Under the pieces are notes generated by a model. That model ran no database searches. It was not told the DNA's origin and worked only from the letters and a program-made list of their open reading frames with translations. From NCBI GenBank assembly GCA_011109175.1, contig RDEW01000051.1:118685-182684 (forward strand): a stretch of 64,000 bases of DNA, in the 5' to 3' direction. A program made the position numbers and the translations under genes. Position 1 is the stretch's first letter. The number at the start of each line of letters is the position of its first letter. The stretch is from Dicyema japonicum (taxonomy: Eukaryota > Animalia > Dicyemida). Shown piece by piece: positions 12,302 to 24,039 of the stretch.

Positions 12302-12395
12302 TTTCTCATTTTGATTGCCAATATTCTCATTTTGATTGGCACTGTCCCACTTTTAATAACACCATTCTCATTTTGATTGGCGCTATTCTCATATT
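12302..12395. promoter_or_regulatory. Three to four direct repeats of TTCTCATTTTGATTG(G/C) (CCAAT-box-like on minus strand) in an AT-rich intergenic island
   Basis: Repeats at about 12304, 12325 and 12366 and a partial one at 12386; the reverse complement is (G)CCAATCAAAATGAGAA. Confidence 0.45.
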
Positions 12396-13274
12396 AATGG
12401 GAAATGGTATATATCATTATCCCCGGAGAGCCTTGACTCGGTGTCTTTACTTGAGTCCACATAAGCCTGTGATCTATGGAGAACTGCTCGGTCGTAATGT
12501 AACAGGTATCCTGCATTTTTAGACAAATTCGTGTTTCTAGAACGTACTTTCACTGTTTTATTACTCTGTACGCCCTATTTTAGATAGCCACGATCTTCTC
12601 GTCGTCTGTCAGGAAATGGGACCCGCGAGGCGCCATAACAGCACACTAACATTTTCTCTTTCAATCAGGAAATGGGGGAAAAGTGGGACAACTATCAGAT
12701 CAAATCACAAGTATTCTCTCAGTTGCAAAGAACCCGTAGTTATGCCGAACAGTAATCTATTTGTGTTTTCCTCGCCTCTTCTCTAGTCCTCAATGTGTAT
12801 TGTCCTCTTTTTCGTCTCTGTCAGTCCTCGAATTCTGCGTCTCACCAGAATAAACTTGACGGATCTCTGACGTGGGAATTTGAACTAATTACTTCCTTGG
12901 ATTCGAATCAATAAATTGATTACTCACACGCGAGAAAGCAAGTACATTTAGGAATCCACCGACAACGATCCCTCAACGCAGACATGGTCACTATTCGCCT
13001 TATTTACACGTGGTTCAAAACAAAAAATCCCCTCTACTACCTAGTGCTCAACCACGTGCACAACAAGTCATAAGTCCCAAAAGTCAGCATAAACTCGTGT
13101 GAAAACCAAGGATATCTTCACTGCCAAGTAACAAGCCCAGGTGGATTCACAACTTTGTACAGCACGTGGGTAACTATGAGAGTCCAAACACATCATTGAC
13201 AAGCCAACCTCAACCAACTAGCACGATTAAGGAAAACAGGTAAAGACTAGTAGTAACCCAAATATCAATGTTAA

Positions 13275-13781
13275 CTAAGACTTTGAGACCAAGTCGATGG
13301 ACCTGACCTTTTCGTTTTCGGACCTTTCGCACAAATATGGAGTAATCAGGTTGCAGAGTGCGGCAAAAAAGAGGATGGACAACCACCAGATCAGAGACCT
13401 CGATATTGATCGAATATTATAGAGACAAATGAGAATGTGGATAGCAAAGTGGGTGACGATGTAATCCATACAGACGGTGGATTTCCCTATTATGATAAAA
13501 ACCATCACGGAGAGGAAAACGGAGGAGGTGCTTAACGAAAATATCACGGAAACGGGAGAGTAATCAAACAGTTCCACAGTCTAGGAATAGCAGGAAAATA
13601 TACGTTCGGGTTGAAGATGAGACTGAGAGTGAGCGGAAAATGAAATATTTTGGAGAAGATCAGGAGGTTGAACAGCGAAGATATAAAAGCTTGTTAATAG
13701 AATAATAATCTCCGAAATAATGAGCATAGGATTGCTATTTTGAGTCTTTAAGAATTTGAATCCACAAAACAAACGAAACAT
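13275..13781 (-). CDS. SYS1: SYS1 Golgi trafficking protein, paralogue 1 (2 exons)
   Basis: NPMLIISEIIILLTSFY...CMDYIVTHFAIHILICLY...WWLSILFFAALCNLITPYLCERSE matches SYS1 (DP.LI.SQI...CLDF..T.HF.H....WW...GEYLCMRTE); micro-intron gtatattttcctgctattcctag. Confidence 0.8.
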
Positions 13782-14074
13782 AACAAAATAGAAACGTCAA
13801 TTTATATGATTTTTTAATTTAATTTTTTATTTAATTTAAATTAATTTTTATTTTACAAAAAGAACAAAATGTCAATAGGTGATTAATAAACGTTATAAAC
13901 ACTTGAGTTACCTCTTGTGATTGTGTCTCCTGAATCTACAATTTATTTCAACCTAAGAGAAGATGACAGGGTCACTTCTGATACGAGGCGAAGAAATGTT
14001 TTTGTAAAAAACTATGTCAACTTTATGCGAAACAAAAATTTTACAAAAAAGTAAAACAAGTTAAAAGGCCGTCT

Positions 14075-14190
14075 GGTGCCATGTGGCTATTTGATTGAGA
14101 TTTATCCTCTTCGTTCTAGTGGTGTCATCGGACCCACCTAACACAAGAGACGTCCAATGTCTGGTTTCTATTCAAAAAAATCCATCTCTT
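14075..14190 (+). mobile_element. Family A degenerate head and pseudoknot
   Basis: gccatgtggctatttgattgag...ctagtggtgtcatcggacccacc. Confidence 0.55.
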
Positions 14191-14276
14191 CATTCAACGA
14201 GAGACTAATTTGCTCTCTCAGATTTTCGGACAAGTCCCCTGGGTCACTGCGCCCAGATGAGGACTCTATTTGAATT

Positions 14277-14590
14277 CGCCATGTGGTCTTTCGTGGCTAA
14301 TTGGTTGAATTTCTGTTGATTTTGTCTGTTCCTCCTCTTTCCCTTCTTACTAGAGTGCCGTCATGTGATTCACCTCTCAGGTGGCGGCCAGTGCCAGATT
14401 TGCAAAGAAAAAATATCATTTGCTCTCCCCCACTCCATTGGAGAAGTTTCCACACAGCAAGGAATGGACCTCATTTACCTTTTATGCTGGTTCTGTAGGG
14501 ACGTGACGTTGAAGGACTGTTTCTGTAACAGTGGAAACTGATACACTTAGCGGTAACTGTTAACTCTTTCTCGGTGTTTCCGGGGTAATA
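14277..14590 (+). mobile_element. Family A near full-length copy
   Basis: Head, pyrimidine tract, pseudoknot with compensatory P1 (GCCGTC/GGCGGC), body and 3' end ctttctcggtgtttccggggtaataaa. Confidence 0.88.
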
Positions 14591-14769
14591 AACTAATTAA
14601 TTTGACTTAAATAAAGTCTAATGTCACTTGGATCACAAAATTTCAATTTGTTTTCCTCACTTGTCAGTAAATACGTTTCTTTGTCTAAAAATGTTACTAT
14701 TGATTTTTCCAATTATAAATTCCATTCCCCAAAATTAGAATTCTACCGCCTGGGTTTAGAAACACTGCC

Positions 14770-15000
14770 CTTGAAGATTACCCTTTCTCTTCCGCAACCT
14801 GGATTCCAACACGGTTAGTTTCTACGCGACACCTGACGGACGACTTCAAATACTCCCTCAATGCAGATTAACCTATCGTCCAATCAGAAACTGTGTACAA
14901 CTGGCTGACAACCAACCTCCGAGGCTCAACTGAAGTTCGGATGTGTATACGACTGGTCGACTGCCATCCTTTCAACATTGGCAATAAAATCAACGTGCAG
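14770..15000 (+). mobile_element. Degenerate RT fragment
   Basis: Eroded DLP...FYA.DDF...VYNWLT.N pattern. Confidence 0.45.
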
Positions 15001-15259
15001 CGAGAACCGGAAAGCATCTGAATTGTGCTCATTCTCTTAGGAAACGGCTGTTATGCCTAGGAAATTTCTAACTGTAAGAGAATCATTCGTACGGGATGGA
15101 AACCATATATCAAGGATGATACTCAATAAGTTGGCACGTGGAGTGGATTTGAATATAGCATATCACCAGGGAGGAGCAATACATATCTGAGATGTATTAA
15201 GTCGATATACCCCCAACGACCGTGTAGCTTAGTGGTTAGGTTGTCACACTAAAATAAGA

Positions 15260-15480
15260 CATTTTTTGAACTCACGGAAGCTCGATGGAGACGTTTTATT
15301 GAGAATGGACTGGAAACCCCAGCTAGTGTCTCCTCCAACGCTCAGATTCCATGGCGACCAAAGACCACCCTACCGATTGTCTTTGACAAGGACCTCCACA
15401 AGATTAGGAAGGGCTTCGGAGAGGGAGATGACTTTGATAAACTACGGGAGCTCGCTTGCGGCATGAACAAATGGAGGAGG
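15260..15480 (+). mobile_element. RTE-like LINE C-terminal relic
   Basis: RPKTTLPIVFDKDLHKIR...DDFDKLRELA...KW matches the RTE C-terminus. Confidence 0.6.
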
Positions 15481-16025
15481 ATGCTGTCGTTGGTTTCTCG
15501 GGTTTCACATGCTTTGCCGTGACAATGACACATCAAAGTGGATTAACAGTAAGGACTTACTTTTTGGAGAACCCTGTCTTAAATAGCGGGAAATGTGCCT
15601 TGGGTTGTCGAGGATGTGAAGAAGTTATTTGGGGCAAATCATATTTGGGTCAGGCGGGATTACAGTCCATCCGTTACTTCCATGTTCCCAAGTTTGCACA
15701 CCCGATGTCTCTCAAGCTCGAGGGGAATGAGAGATCACATCATAATGAGGAGGTAAAGACAGTTTCGCCATAGACCATCGGAGTCACATCACCACCTCTC
15801 TCTGGCCCTCAAATTGGGCCAGAGTACTTTTAAAACCAGCCATCCCACTGCTAGCACGTGTCATCCACATAAACAGCATATTTTTGAAAATCATTTTAAA
15901 AGACACGTGGTTACCCAAGATTGTTTAGAATCACCAAAACTACTGCCAAACTCTGGATTAGCGACTTATCCACTAAGTACACCATTAAGCACAAAAATTG
16001 ACCAAAATATCGAGTCAAATGTTAA

Positions 16026-16538
16026 CTAAGACTTTGTGATCAAGTCACTGCCCGTGATCTTTTCAGACCTTTCGCACAAATAGGGGGTGATCAGGTTGCA
16101 GATTGCGGCAAAAAGGAGGATGGACAACCACCAATTTGTGGAGATATTCGGGAACGTCCCATATTAATGAGACATGTGCCAATGTGGATGGAGAAATTGA
16201 CGATGATGTAATCCATGCAGATGGAAGACTTTCCGATTAGGGAGAAAACCATCACGGAAAGTAAAACGGAGGACATACTGAAGGAGAATATCACGGAAAC
16301 GGGGGAGTAATCGTACAATTCCATAATCTAGAAATAACAGAAATTGTACGTTAGGGTTGAAAGGGTGATCGAGGGTGATCTTGAAACCAAACATCTTGGA
16401 GAAGACCTTCAGGTTGAAGAGAGTGAAGATGTAAAAGCTTGATATCAGAATGAGAATCTCGGAAATAACCAGTAGTGGGTCAAAATTTAGCCTCTTTAAG
16501 TACTTGACTCCCCGAAACCAAAAAAAATGACGAAACAT
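16026..16538 (-). CDS. SYS1: SYS1 paralogue 2 (one apparent 1-nt deletion near 16157)
   Basis: NFDPLLVISEILILISSFY...CMDYII; adding one T gives MGRFPNISTNWWLSILLFAAICNLITPYLCERSE (cf. SYS1 SRFPSALTWW); micro-intron gtacaatttctgttatttctag. Confidence 0.78.
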
Positions 16539-16949
16539 AGAAATGGCAAACTATTTATTATTACAATTAATTTTTATTCAAAAATGTTTTTTATAACTAA
16601 TTTTTTTTATTAATAATAATTATTATAAATAAATAAAAAAGTTATAATAATAACAATAAATAAGCCGGCATTTGCTGTGTCCCACATAGTAGTCGGTCTT
16701 TTCTGTTAGTGAGGCTGGAGTAACTAACTATATAAGTAGTTCTTAAGACGGATTATTTTCGACATATTTCCGGATTTTGTGTCGGATCGATTATTTTTGC
16801 ATTTATTTATCCAAATTGACAACTCTTATCTCATAGCCTATCTATTCGTAAGAACTAATAGGGTCTTCTCTTCAGAATTAATGAGACGACCTCAAGATAA
16901 CCACGTGTCAAATCCATTGCTAGAAGCAGATATTCCTTAGACTTTCAAT

Positions 16950-19870
16950 TATTTTATTTATTTAACCCAAGAACACCAATAGTTAATTTAATTGTAGTAA
17001 ACTAATTAGTGATCCCGGCCGCCTCCATCAGGTCTTTCATCTTTTCCGGTGGACCTTCCGAGATCCAACACAGCTTCTCTGAGGACGGGAGGGTTTTGAA
17101 AGAAATGCAAGAGGGGTGATGTAAAGTCTTCTAGTAAGACCCAATCCATTAGAGCATTGTAGGAAGTTGGATTTTCGGCACAGAGCGGCAAATCCCTTCC
17201 CATTTTGTCCGATAAGGTCTTCCAGAGAGTGGGTGTGAGACTGACTGTTCTCACGAGCTTGCCGATAGTTGTAGCTGATAGGGACTGAATATCATTGGTT
17301 TTCTGTTTGTTCGTCCAGGATAGGTTGATTCCCTAAGACGCACAGGCGTAGCTGATAGATGGCTCAATGAATTGTTTATGTCGTAGTTTCAATGCTGGGA
17401 AAGGGGTTCTGATGCCACCAAAAATAGATTTGATCAAACCAAGCTTTCTTGAACAGGTTCCGGAGATATATTCGACATGAGGGGAGAAGGTCATGTGCGT
17501 GTCAAAGGCGACTCCTAAGATTTTCAATTTCTTCGTAAAAGGTATTTTAGTTTGGTTGATAAATAAATCAACGGTCATTCTTCCAAGACGTTTGTCTGAG
17601 GTAAATAGGGATGTGGAGGACTTCTCAGGAGATATATCAAGTCTGTTGGAGATTAACCAATTTTGAATCACGTGTAGTTGTTTTTGAACTCTTTCTGAGG
17701 CTTTTAGGAGATCCTGGTCACGGGATCCAATTAGAATGTCATCAGCATAGGAGAGGAGAAGATCGTCTTTATCAACTGATCGTGGCAAATCGGACATAAA
17801 AAGGTTGAATAAGGCGGGGGACAAAGGAGAGCCTTGCGGAACACCATTGGGAAGTAGTCTCGAAAGTGATTTGGTCCCATCCATACAAACCCGGGCCCTT
17901 CTCCCGCTGAGGAAATTCGAAAGCCAGAGTTTTAGATTGGGGTTAATGGAGAGTCCAAATAATTTCCTGGTTAAGATTTTCCTGGAGACAGAGTCAAAGG
18001 CTTTACGCAGATCCACAGAGCAGACGATGGTTTTGAGGTGACGAGGACTTGAGTTGAAGCCATCAAGGATAAATTGATTGAGAGAAGTAAGGTGGGTGGA
18101 CGTTGAATAGAACTTTCTGAAGCCACGTTGAGAGGAACTGAAGGGAAGGGACGGGAAATGAGACCAAGTACCAGTTTTTCCAATAATTTTGAAAATGAAC
18201 ATAATAGAGAAATTGATCGGTATGAAGGGGGATTGTTTTTGTCCTTGCTAGGTTTTGGTATTGGGGGTATGTGGGAAAGTTTCCAAATCGTAGGGATGGA
18301 ATCCATATTCAAAGAATAGTTGAAAATAAGGGAGATTACCCCAATAGTAACCAATCCAAGGTGTTTAAGAAGTATTGAAGGGATGCCATCTGGACCACAA
18401 GAGCGGGAGGGATTAATCATCTTCAAGCCTTCGAATACGTTTGAATGAGAAATAAAGGTGATCGGCGGGATTCTTTTAGGTCTCATCGAGAACAAAGAGG
18501 GTCCATCCATTTTCTTGAAGGTTTTGTGACTTATAGTTTATTTAAGCTGTGTTGGTCTGTCTTTTGTTTCGTGGTGGAGTTTTCTTTAGGGCCAAGTCTT
18601 TTTATTGCCTTCCAGACCATCTGGGTAGATTTCTGAAATGGGAGAGAGCAGATTTGCTTTTCCCACTTGTTTGCTTCAGCCCTTCTGATCCTTTTTGAAA
18701 TTTCATCATTGAGAGACTTTGTCTGGGATTTCTGTCCCGGGAGGGGAGGTACGTGTCTTTTCAAGCGGTTTCTTTCTCTGATTAGTGATTTGGTATTCTG
18801 ATCCAAAATTTCGTTGTAGTATTTGAACCTTCCACGAGGGATGAATCTACTACGAGCATCAAGAATTATTTTGTTCAAATGGTCGACGGCCTCATCAATA
18901 GAACGGAATATGTTCAAGTCAAAGCAAAGTAGAGCCTGGTTTTGAGTAGCCGTCCCAATTTGCTTTTTTGTAATTGAAGAAAGAAACAGTTGTTTTTGGA
19001 TGATAGAGAAATTTTTTGAATCGAATGATTATTGGATTATGATCGGAAGATAATCCGTAATGTACTGTCCATGAAATGTTGGGTCCAAGAGTTGATGAAC
19101 AGAAAGTGATGTCGGGGATGTAGATGAATCACCTTCCTTGAATGGAGTTCTCGTGTGCATAGTGGGGCTGTTGAGGATTGTCATGGAGGAGAGTTGTTTT
19201 ATTAAGGATAGTCCTCTTGAGTCAGTTGTTTGTGATTTCAACCAGGCAGGGTGCTTTGCATTAAAATCTCCACAAAGTATTAGGTTTTCTAGGTTGTTTA
19301 GTCTGGATAAGTCCAACAAGAATCCTTTCGAGCAAGATGACGGAGGAGGGACATATATGTTAGCAATTTTGAGAGTACTCGATCAGTTTGATATTGAAAT
19401 TCCGGAGATTTCCGTGGTCCCATCGTTAGTTAGCGACTTATGTTCAGCGGATATGTCAGAATAACGAAGGTTCTTTCTGATGATGGTAAGAAGGCCTCCA
19501 CCGAGGCGGTTCGGGCGATCTAGGCGGATGCAGTCGAAACCTGGAAAATGAGGAGTAGTCGCGACTGAGTCAACTTGCTTTCTTGGAGCAGGATCACGTC
19601 AATGTTTTGGTTGTTTGTGAAGGATCGTAATTCGAGAATTTTGCTCTTTATTCCATTGATGTTAATCTGCAGAATTGAAAGTTGGGGACCTGGGTTGAGC
19701 TCGATGTTGCCAAAGAGTAGTAGAAGGATCCCATTGAGAGTTGATGGGAGAAGAGTTGAAGGAAGCCGTCCGAAGGAACCAACTTCGGATGGGGGTGAGC
19801 AAATGGTCTTTTTCCTAGGTGCACCCTGAGCGGTTCCAGAAACGTTATGACTGGTAGACCACATGACGCC
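16950..19870 (-). mobile_element. Ingi-like LINE copy 1: 5' pseudoknot, 2A-like peptide, APE, RT, 3' UTR
   Basis: GILLLLFGNIELNPGP followed by ILQININGIKSK...LLQES, LCGDFNAKH; RT YRSISLL, VDLRKAFDSV, GVPQGSPLSP, SYADD; ends GGGATCACTAA...GGGTTAAATAAAT. Confidence 0.9.
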
Positions 19871-20126
19871 ACGTTTAATTTTAATTATGAATTGGAGTTT
19901 ATGATAATTAACCGAGAAATGAGGCCAAGATATCGAAGTGGGTTTAACTTTTTTTGGTTGCGTGTGAGTCCCTGTAGACAATCTGGTTCCGCAGCAGTAG
20001 CTAGATCCAAACCCGGAACCAATATGGAATTGTCATATCACTGAGCCATCCCGGCATTATTAAATTTTAAAGAATAAAATTATTAAAATTTCAATTAATT
20101 TATTATTAAATTAAAATTAAATTTAT

Positions 20127-20684
20127 TTAAGTTTTAGGTCTCGGTAGTGGGTGGAACTTTTTGACGAACTCAATATAGTCCAAATTACCATCAACGTCCG
20201 GTTCGGTTACTTTGATAAACGTTTTGATCTCATCGGCAGTGAATTCCTCCCCAGTAGTTGTTAGTACGTGCCTGAGAAGGTCCATTTGAATAAATCCATT
20301 CGCCTCCTTATCGATCACACGAAAGGCAGCCAGGATTTCACGCATTTTCTCGGGCCTTCTTTCCAACCTTTGAAGACACACGAGGAGATCGTTGAATTTT
20401 AAAATCCCGTTTTCTTTGTTACAGGAATTTATTACTTTTAAGGATGATTTCCTCGCAGAGATCCTTGATCTGTTTCTCCGTTGGGTTGAACCCACAAAGT
20501 CTCATGACTGAAGGAAGCTCTGCAGAGGTTATTGAATCATCCTCGGAGTTTGATGAATATATTTTGTAGTTCTGCCTGAACCCTGGACTTGTTTAAATAG
20601 CTTACACTGTATTTCCTCTTCCACAAAGTATTCGGGGTCAGGTGTTCCAATCTAAAAAAAACTATTTGGTGTTACTGATATCAT
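20127..20684 (-). CDS. Calmodulin-like EF-hand protein (4 exons), divergent
   Basis: Spliced: MISIGTPDPEYFVEEEIQWFRQNY..ITSAELPSVMRLCGFNPTEKQI...EILAAFRVIDKEANGFIQMDLLRHVLTTTGEEFTADEI...GNLDYIEFVK. Confidence 0.85.
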
Positions 20685-20709
20685 GTTGCTACGATATTAT
20701 TTTAATTTA

Positions 20710-20990
20710 AATTTATTAACCACGGATACACCGAGAAAGAAGGTAAAGTAAATAACTAATTAAGTGAATCCAGTTTCCACTTCTACAGAAACAGAGTCCA
20801 TCCGGAATCAACATAAAGGGTAAAAGACGTCCATACTTGCAGTTGTGGAAACCCATCCAGTGGAGTGGGGGAGAGCAAATGATCCTTTTACGTCTGGCAC
20901 TGGGTTCCACCTGGACAGTTGGATCACATGACGCCACTCTAATAGGAAGAGAGAGGAGGAACAGACGAACAAACAGAGCAATTACTCAAA
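20710..20990 (-). mobile_element. Family A copy
   Basis: High identity to 6660-6920 on the reverse strand. Confidence 0.9.
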
Positions 20991-21316
20991 TGGGAACTTT
21001 GAGGGCCTTTGTGGACACGAGAGAGTTGTTGGTCATGGAGACCTTATCCGCAAAGCATGGCAGTTTCTGCCGTGTCCGATACATGTCTGTCGTTTCATAA
21101 AACGCCTGTAGCATTTTATCAGTCACTTGAGCTGTACCAATAACCACAGCAGGTCTCCACGGTTAGCAGCCTCTGGTGAATAGATAAACGCTGACAAGGA
21201 AAGTCGGCAAAATAGATCTGTACCTTCGGTAGAAGATTGGCTTTACGGGTTGAGCCTATATTGCTCTATTTCTGTTGTGATAGTTTGCTATTGCTTGATA
21301 TAGGGGGGCTTATGAA

Positions 21317-21378
21317 CGGGTGAACGGCGTGAGTAACTATCACTCTCTTAAGGTAGCCAAATCCCTCGTAATTTAATT
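21317..21378 (+). pseudogene. Isolated 62-bp 28S rRNA fragment (helix 69-71 region, R2/I-PpoI target)
   Basis: CGGGTGAACGGCGTGAGTAACTATCACTCTCTTAAGGTAGCCAAATCCCTCGTAATTTAATT matches the conserved LSU sequence at about 56/62 positions; the flanks are not rRNA. Confidence 0.85.
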
Positions 21379-21451
21379 TAAATAAATTCACTTAATTTAA
21401 ATATTTGATAAATTTAAATTATAATTCAAATTAAACAATAGTGTCTTGAAA

Positions 21452-21580
21452 ATGAGAAGAGCTGTACAGGATTCTAGACCTCGCCGAACGCGTCCTCTCC
21501 CATGTCGGTCTGGGATCGCTTAGTTAGTTGAGAACTTTTACTTTTTTCTCTTTGACCCAGTGATCCTGGGGTAATAATAA
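21452..21580 (+). mobile_element. 3'-terminal fragment of the Ingi-like family at 36667-39503, with (TAA)n tail
   Basis: Near-identical to the reverse complement of 36667-36800, including the CCCAG-TGATC-CTGGG hairpin and taataataat. Confidence 0.85.
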
Positions 21581-21649
21581 TGAATGTCGATGTCAACGGA
21601 TCAACAGAATGGCTAACTGAGGGAACAATGAGTTCTGATATATTTTTTA

Positions 21650-22990
21650 AGAATATATTTATTTGTTATAATTAAAAACCAAAAATAAGAGAAACTTATT
21701 TAATCATCACCCTTTAATTTTGGTGAGAGCTACTTTGACATCTTTTTGGATACAATTTTTGATATGTCGGGCTCAGCTATTCCTATAGTTCCGACTTATT
21801 AAAGCGGATAAATTTTCATCTGTTAGTTTTGTTCTTTGAGCAGTTTTTGCAAATTTCATAAATGGAAGAAGCTTTACAGGAAGATATGAAAAGATGCAGG
21901 TATTCCAACCCCAAATACTTAGCTTTGAATATAGAATCTGATTGGGATTCCAATAGTCACTACTTTCATCTGCTTTTTATTTCGTCTGTGTTAAAAGTGA
22001 CAAATGATGACCAGGGATTTAAATTTTCTATTTCAGCTCGCAATTTGTCAGCAACACCAGCATGTCGTCCAACCATATTCGGAGCACAATCATAGGAGTT
22101 TTTTAAAATCAAACCCACAGTCAAAGAGAATTTAAGTAGTTTTACAAAGATTCCTTCTTGTGGTAGTATGGTGCCAGTTCGAGAAATTCTTTATAAATAT
22201 TAAAATCTGAACCACAGGCTCTAATTGTGCAATTCCAACAACGTCGACTGTTTCATTGATCGCAATTGAAAAATACTCAAATTTTAACAATCCAGACTTT
22301 AATTGGTGTTTCAGACATTCCATTGTTCGGTAACAGTGTTTCTGAAATATCTTTGCTACGATGCTAAAAAGGGTTTGACGAGTGACGCCATGATCATTCA
22401 CTGCGGAACTGGATAGTCTAAAAGGACATACACCCTAAAAAAAGAAAACAAAGAAGTGAAGAATATCCTTGATCCTTCCTCGATTAGCTATCATAACTGT
22501 TCTTTGCTTAAAATAAAGTGTGTGTTCTGCTGTGGGGAGCGATAACTGATATGGCTCCCCGGAAAGTGCGAACATTAAAGTGGCGTTGTCTGACAAATAA
22601 TTTTTGCTGTTTTTACAAGGAATTGCTTAATGAAATAACCATCGCAATATGATTTTCCATTCATTGCAAGCAGTCTCCTGATTTCATAGTTTGCAGTAAC
22701 CGACGCAGTACTTCGATTATGATTTTTGTGAAAAGAGTCTGTGACGCAGTTAATTTTTTCGCAATTCATTTAACTTTGGAGCACCCTTTGGACCTTCTTG
22801 GTTAATAAGGCAACTTAGTATCTTTGAAATAATTGTATGATCGATGACTAGATTGGTAATGCCTTTTAGGTTGTATTTTTTCGGTATAACAATGAAGTGG
22901 TTACATGTCAAAAATGTATTTTTCTAACAACCGTGCAAAGATAGAGTTCTCATTTATCTTGAAACACTCTCCGTTCACGTTCAAACACCG
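21650..22990 (-). mobile_element. hAT (SPIN/GTF2IRD2-like) transposase relic, interrupted by a SINE; ends approximate
   Basis: ANYEIRRLLAMNGKSYCDGYFIKQFL and YFSIAINETVDVVGIAQL match SPIN/Buster transposase motifs. Confidence 0.75.
22372..22565 (+). mobile_element. Family B SINE inserted in the hAT relic
   Basis: gggtttgacgagtgacgcc...aaataaagtgtgtgttctg...ggctccccggaaag. Confidence 0.85.
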
Positions 22991-23119
22991 ATTCTTAGTT
23001 CCAGAAAAAGCACGTGACATTGACAAAACACGATTTAAAAATATTATTAAAAAATTTAATTAAATTTAAAAAATAACAAAATGATTTTTTGTATTTTATA
23101 GTCATTAAATCGGGCCGCA

Positions 23120-23338
23120 GGCTTGACGAGTGACGCCGTCATCAGTGGACTCTCACTGCGGAACTGGATTGTCTAGAAAGGACCCACACACAAGAAAAAG
23201 AAAAAAAAAGAAGTGAAGATCATTCCTTGGTTCTACGATTAGTTAAAATTAACTGTTCTTTACTTAAATAAAGTGTGTGTCCTGCCTATGCGGAGCTAAT
23301 ACCACGGCTCCGTGAAAAAGGCTGTTATTATTATTATT
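23120..23338 (+). mobile_element. Family B SINE, 5'-truncated, (TTA)n tail, 11-bp TSD
   Basis: ATCGGGCCGCA at 23109-23119 and 23339-23349. Confidence 0.9.
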
Positions 23339-24039
23339 ATCGGGCCGCACCTATGCGTGTCGAGGGCAGCATGCTTGACACCCCTGCTCTACTGAGTCAA
23401 CTCAATATAACGATCTTCGAATGGTGGGCAGTACAAGTTTATGGATCGATCATCCACTCATGGGAGCTATACCCATGAATTCCTCCGTTTTCGTGAGGAA
23501 GAAGCTCAGTTTTCTTTTTTGTCCAAATGAAAGTCAAGGTTCTCTCTCTAATCGACTTTCTTTGCTTTCACGAGAGAGGTTCTTCAGGGAAACAGTGGTA
23601 CGACAGAAGACCACAGAAGATGCTAATTCCGTGAACTGGGATTACCCGTTTGAACTGGATATTTCTTTTATCTTTCTTGGTGACAAAACTTACGGTTCTG
23701 AATAATAAAACCTACTTCAAATCGGTAAGAATGTTAACTGAATATCGGGAGTTCCTCAGCAGTCCTCACTTAATTAGTTGGCTTAACATTCTTTTACGTT
23801 ACATTCTTGTGATTGATGGGACAAATGAAGCTATTTTGGTAAATGTGATGATGTCTCTTAGACATGTTTCCGGAGTACCTCACTCTCGTAAGCTTATCTT
23901 CCTTAGTGGATGATATTCAGTCCCGACTATGACTCCGAAAATAAGGTTTGACCCCCACTTTTTTGTATTCTGCGCTATTATGTGCTGATTAATTTCGTAG
24001 CAATGAGTTGATCCTCGCTATTTTTCACGCTAAGTTTCC

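Noticed and set aside
21000-21450. rRNA operon or R2 insertion
   Set aside because: Only about 62 bp match LSU rRNA, both halves of the target are joined, and no R2 ORF flanks it.
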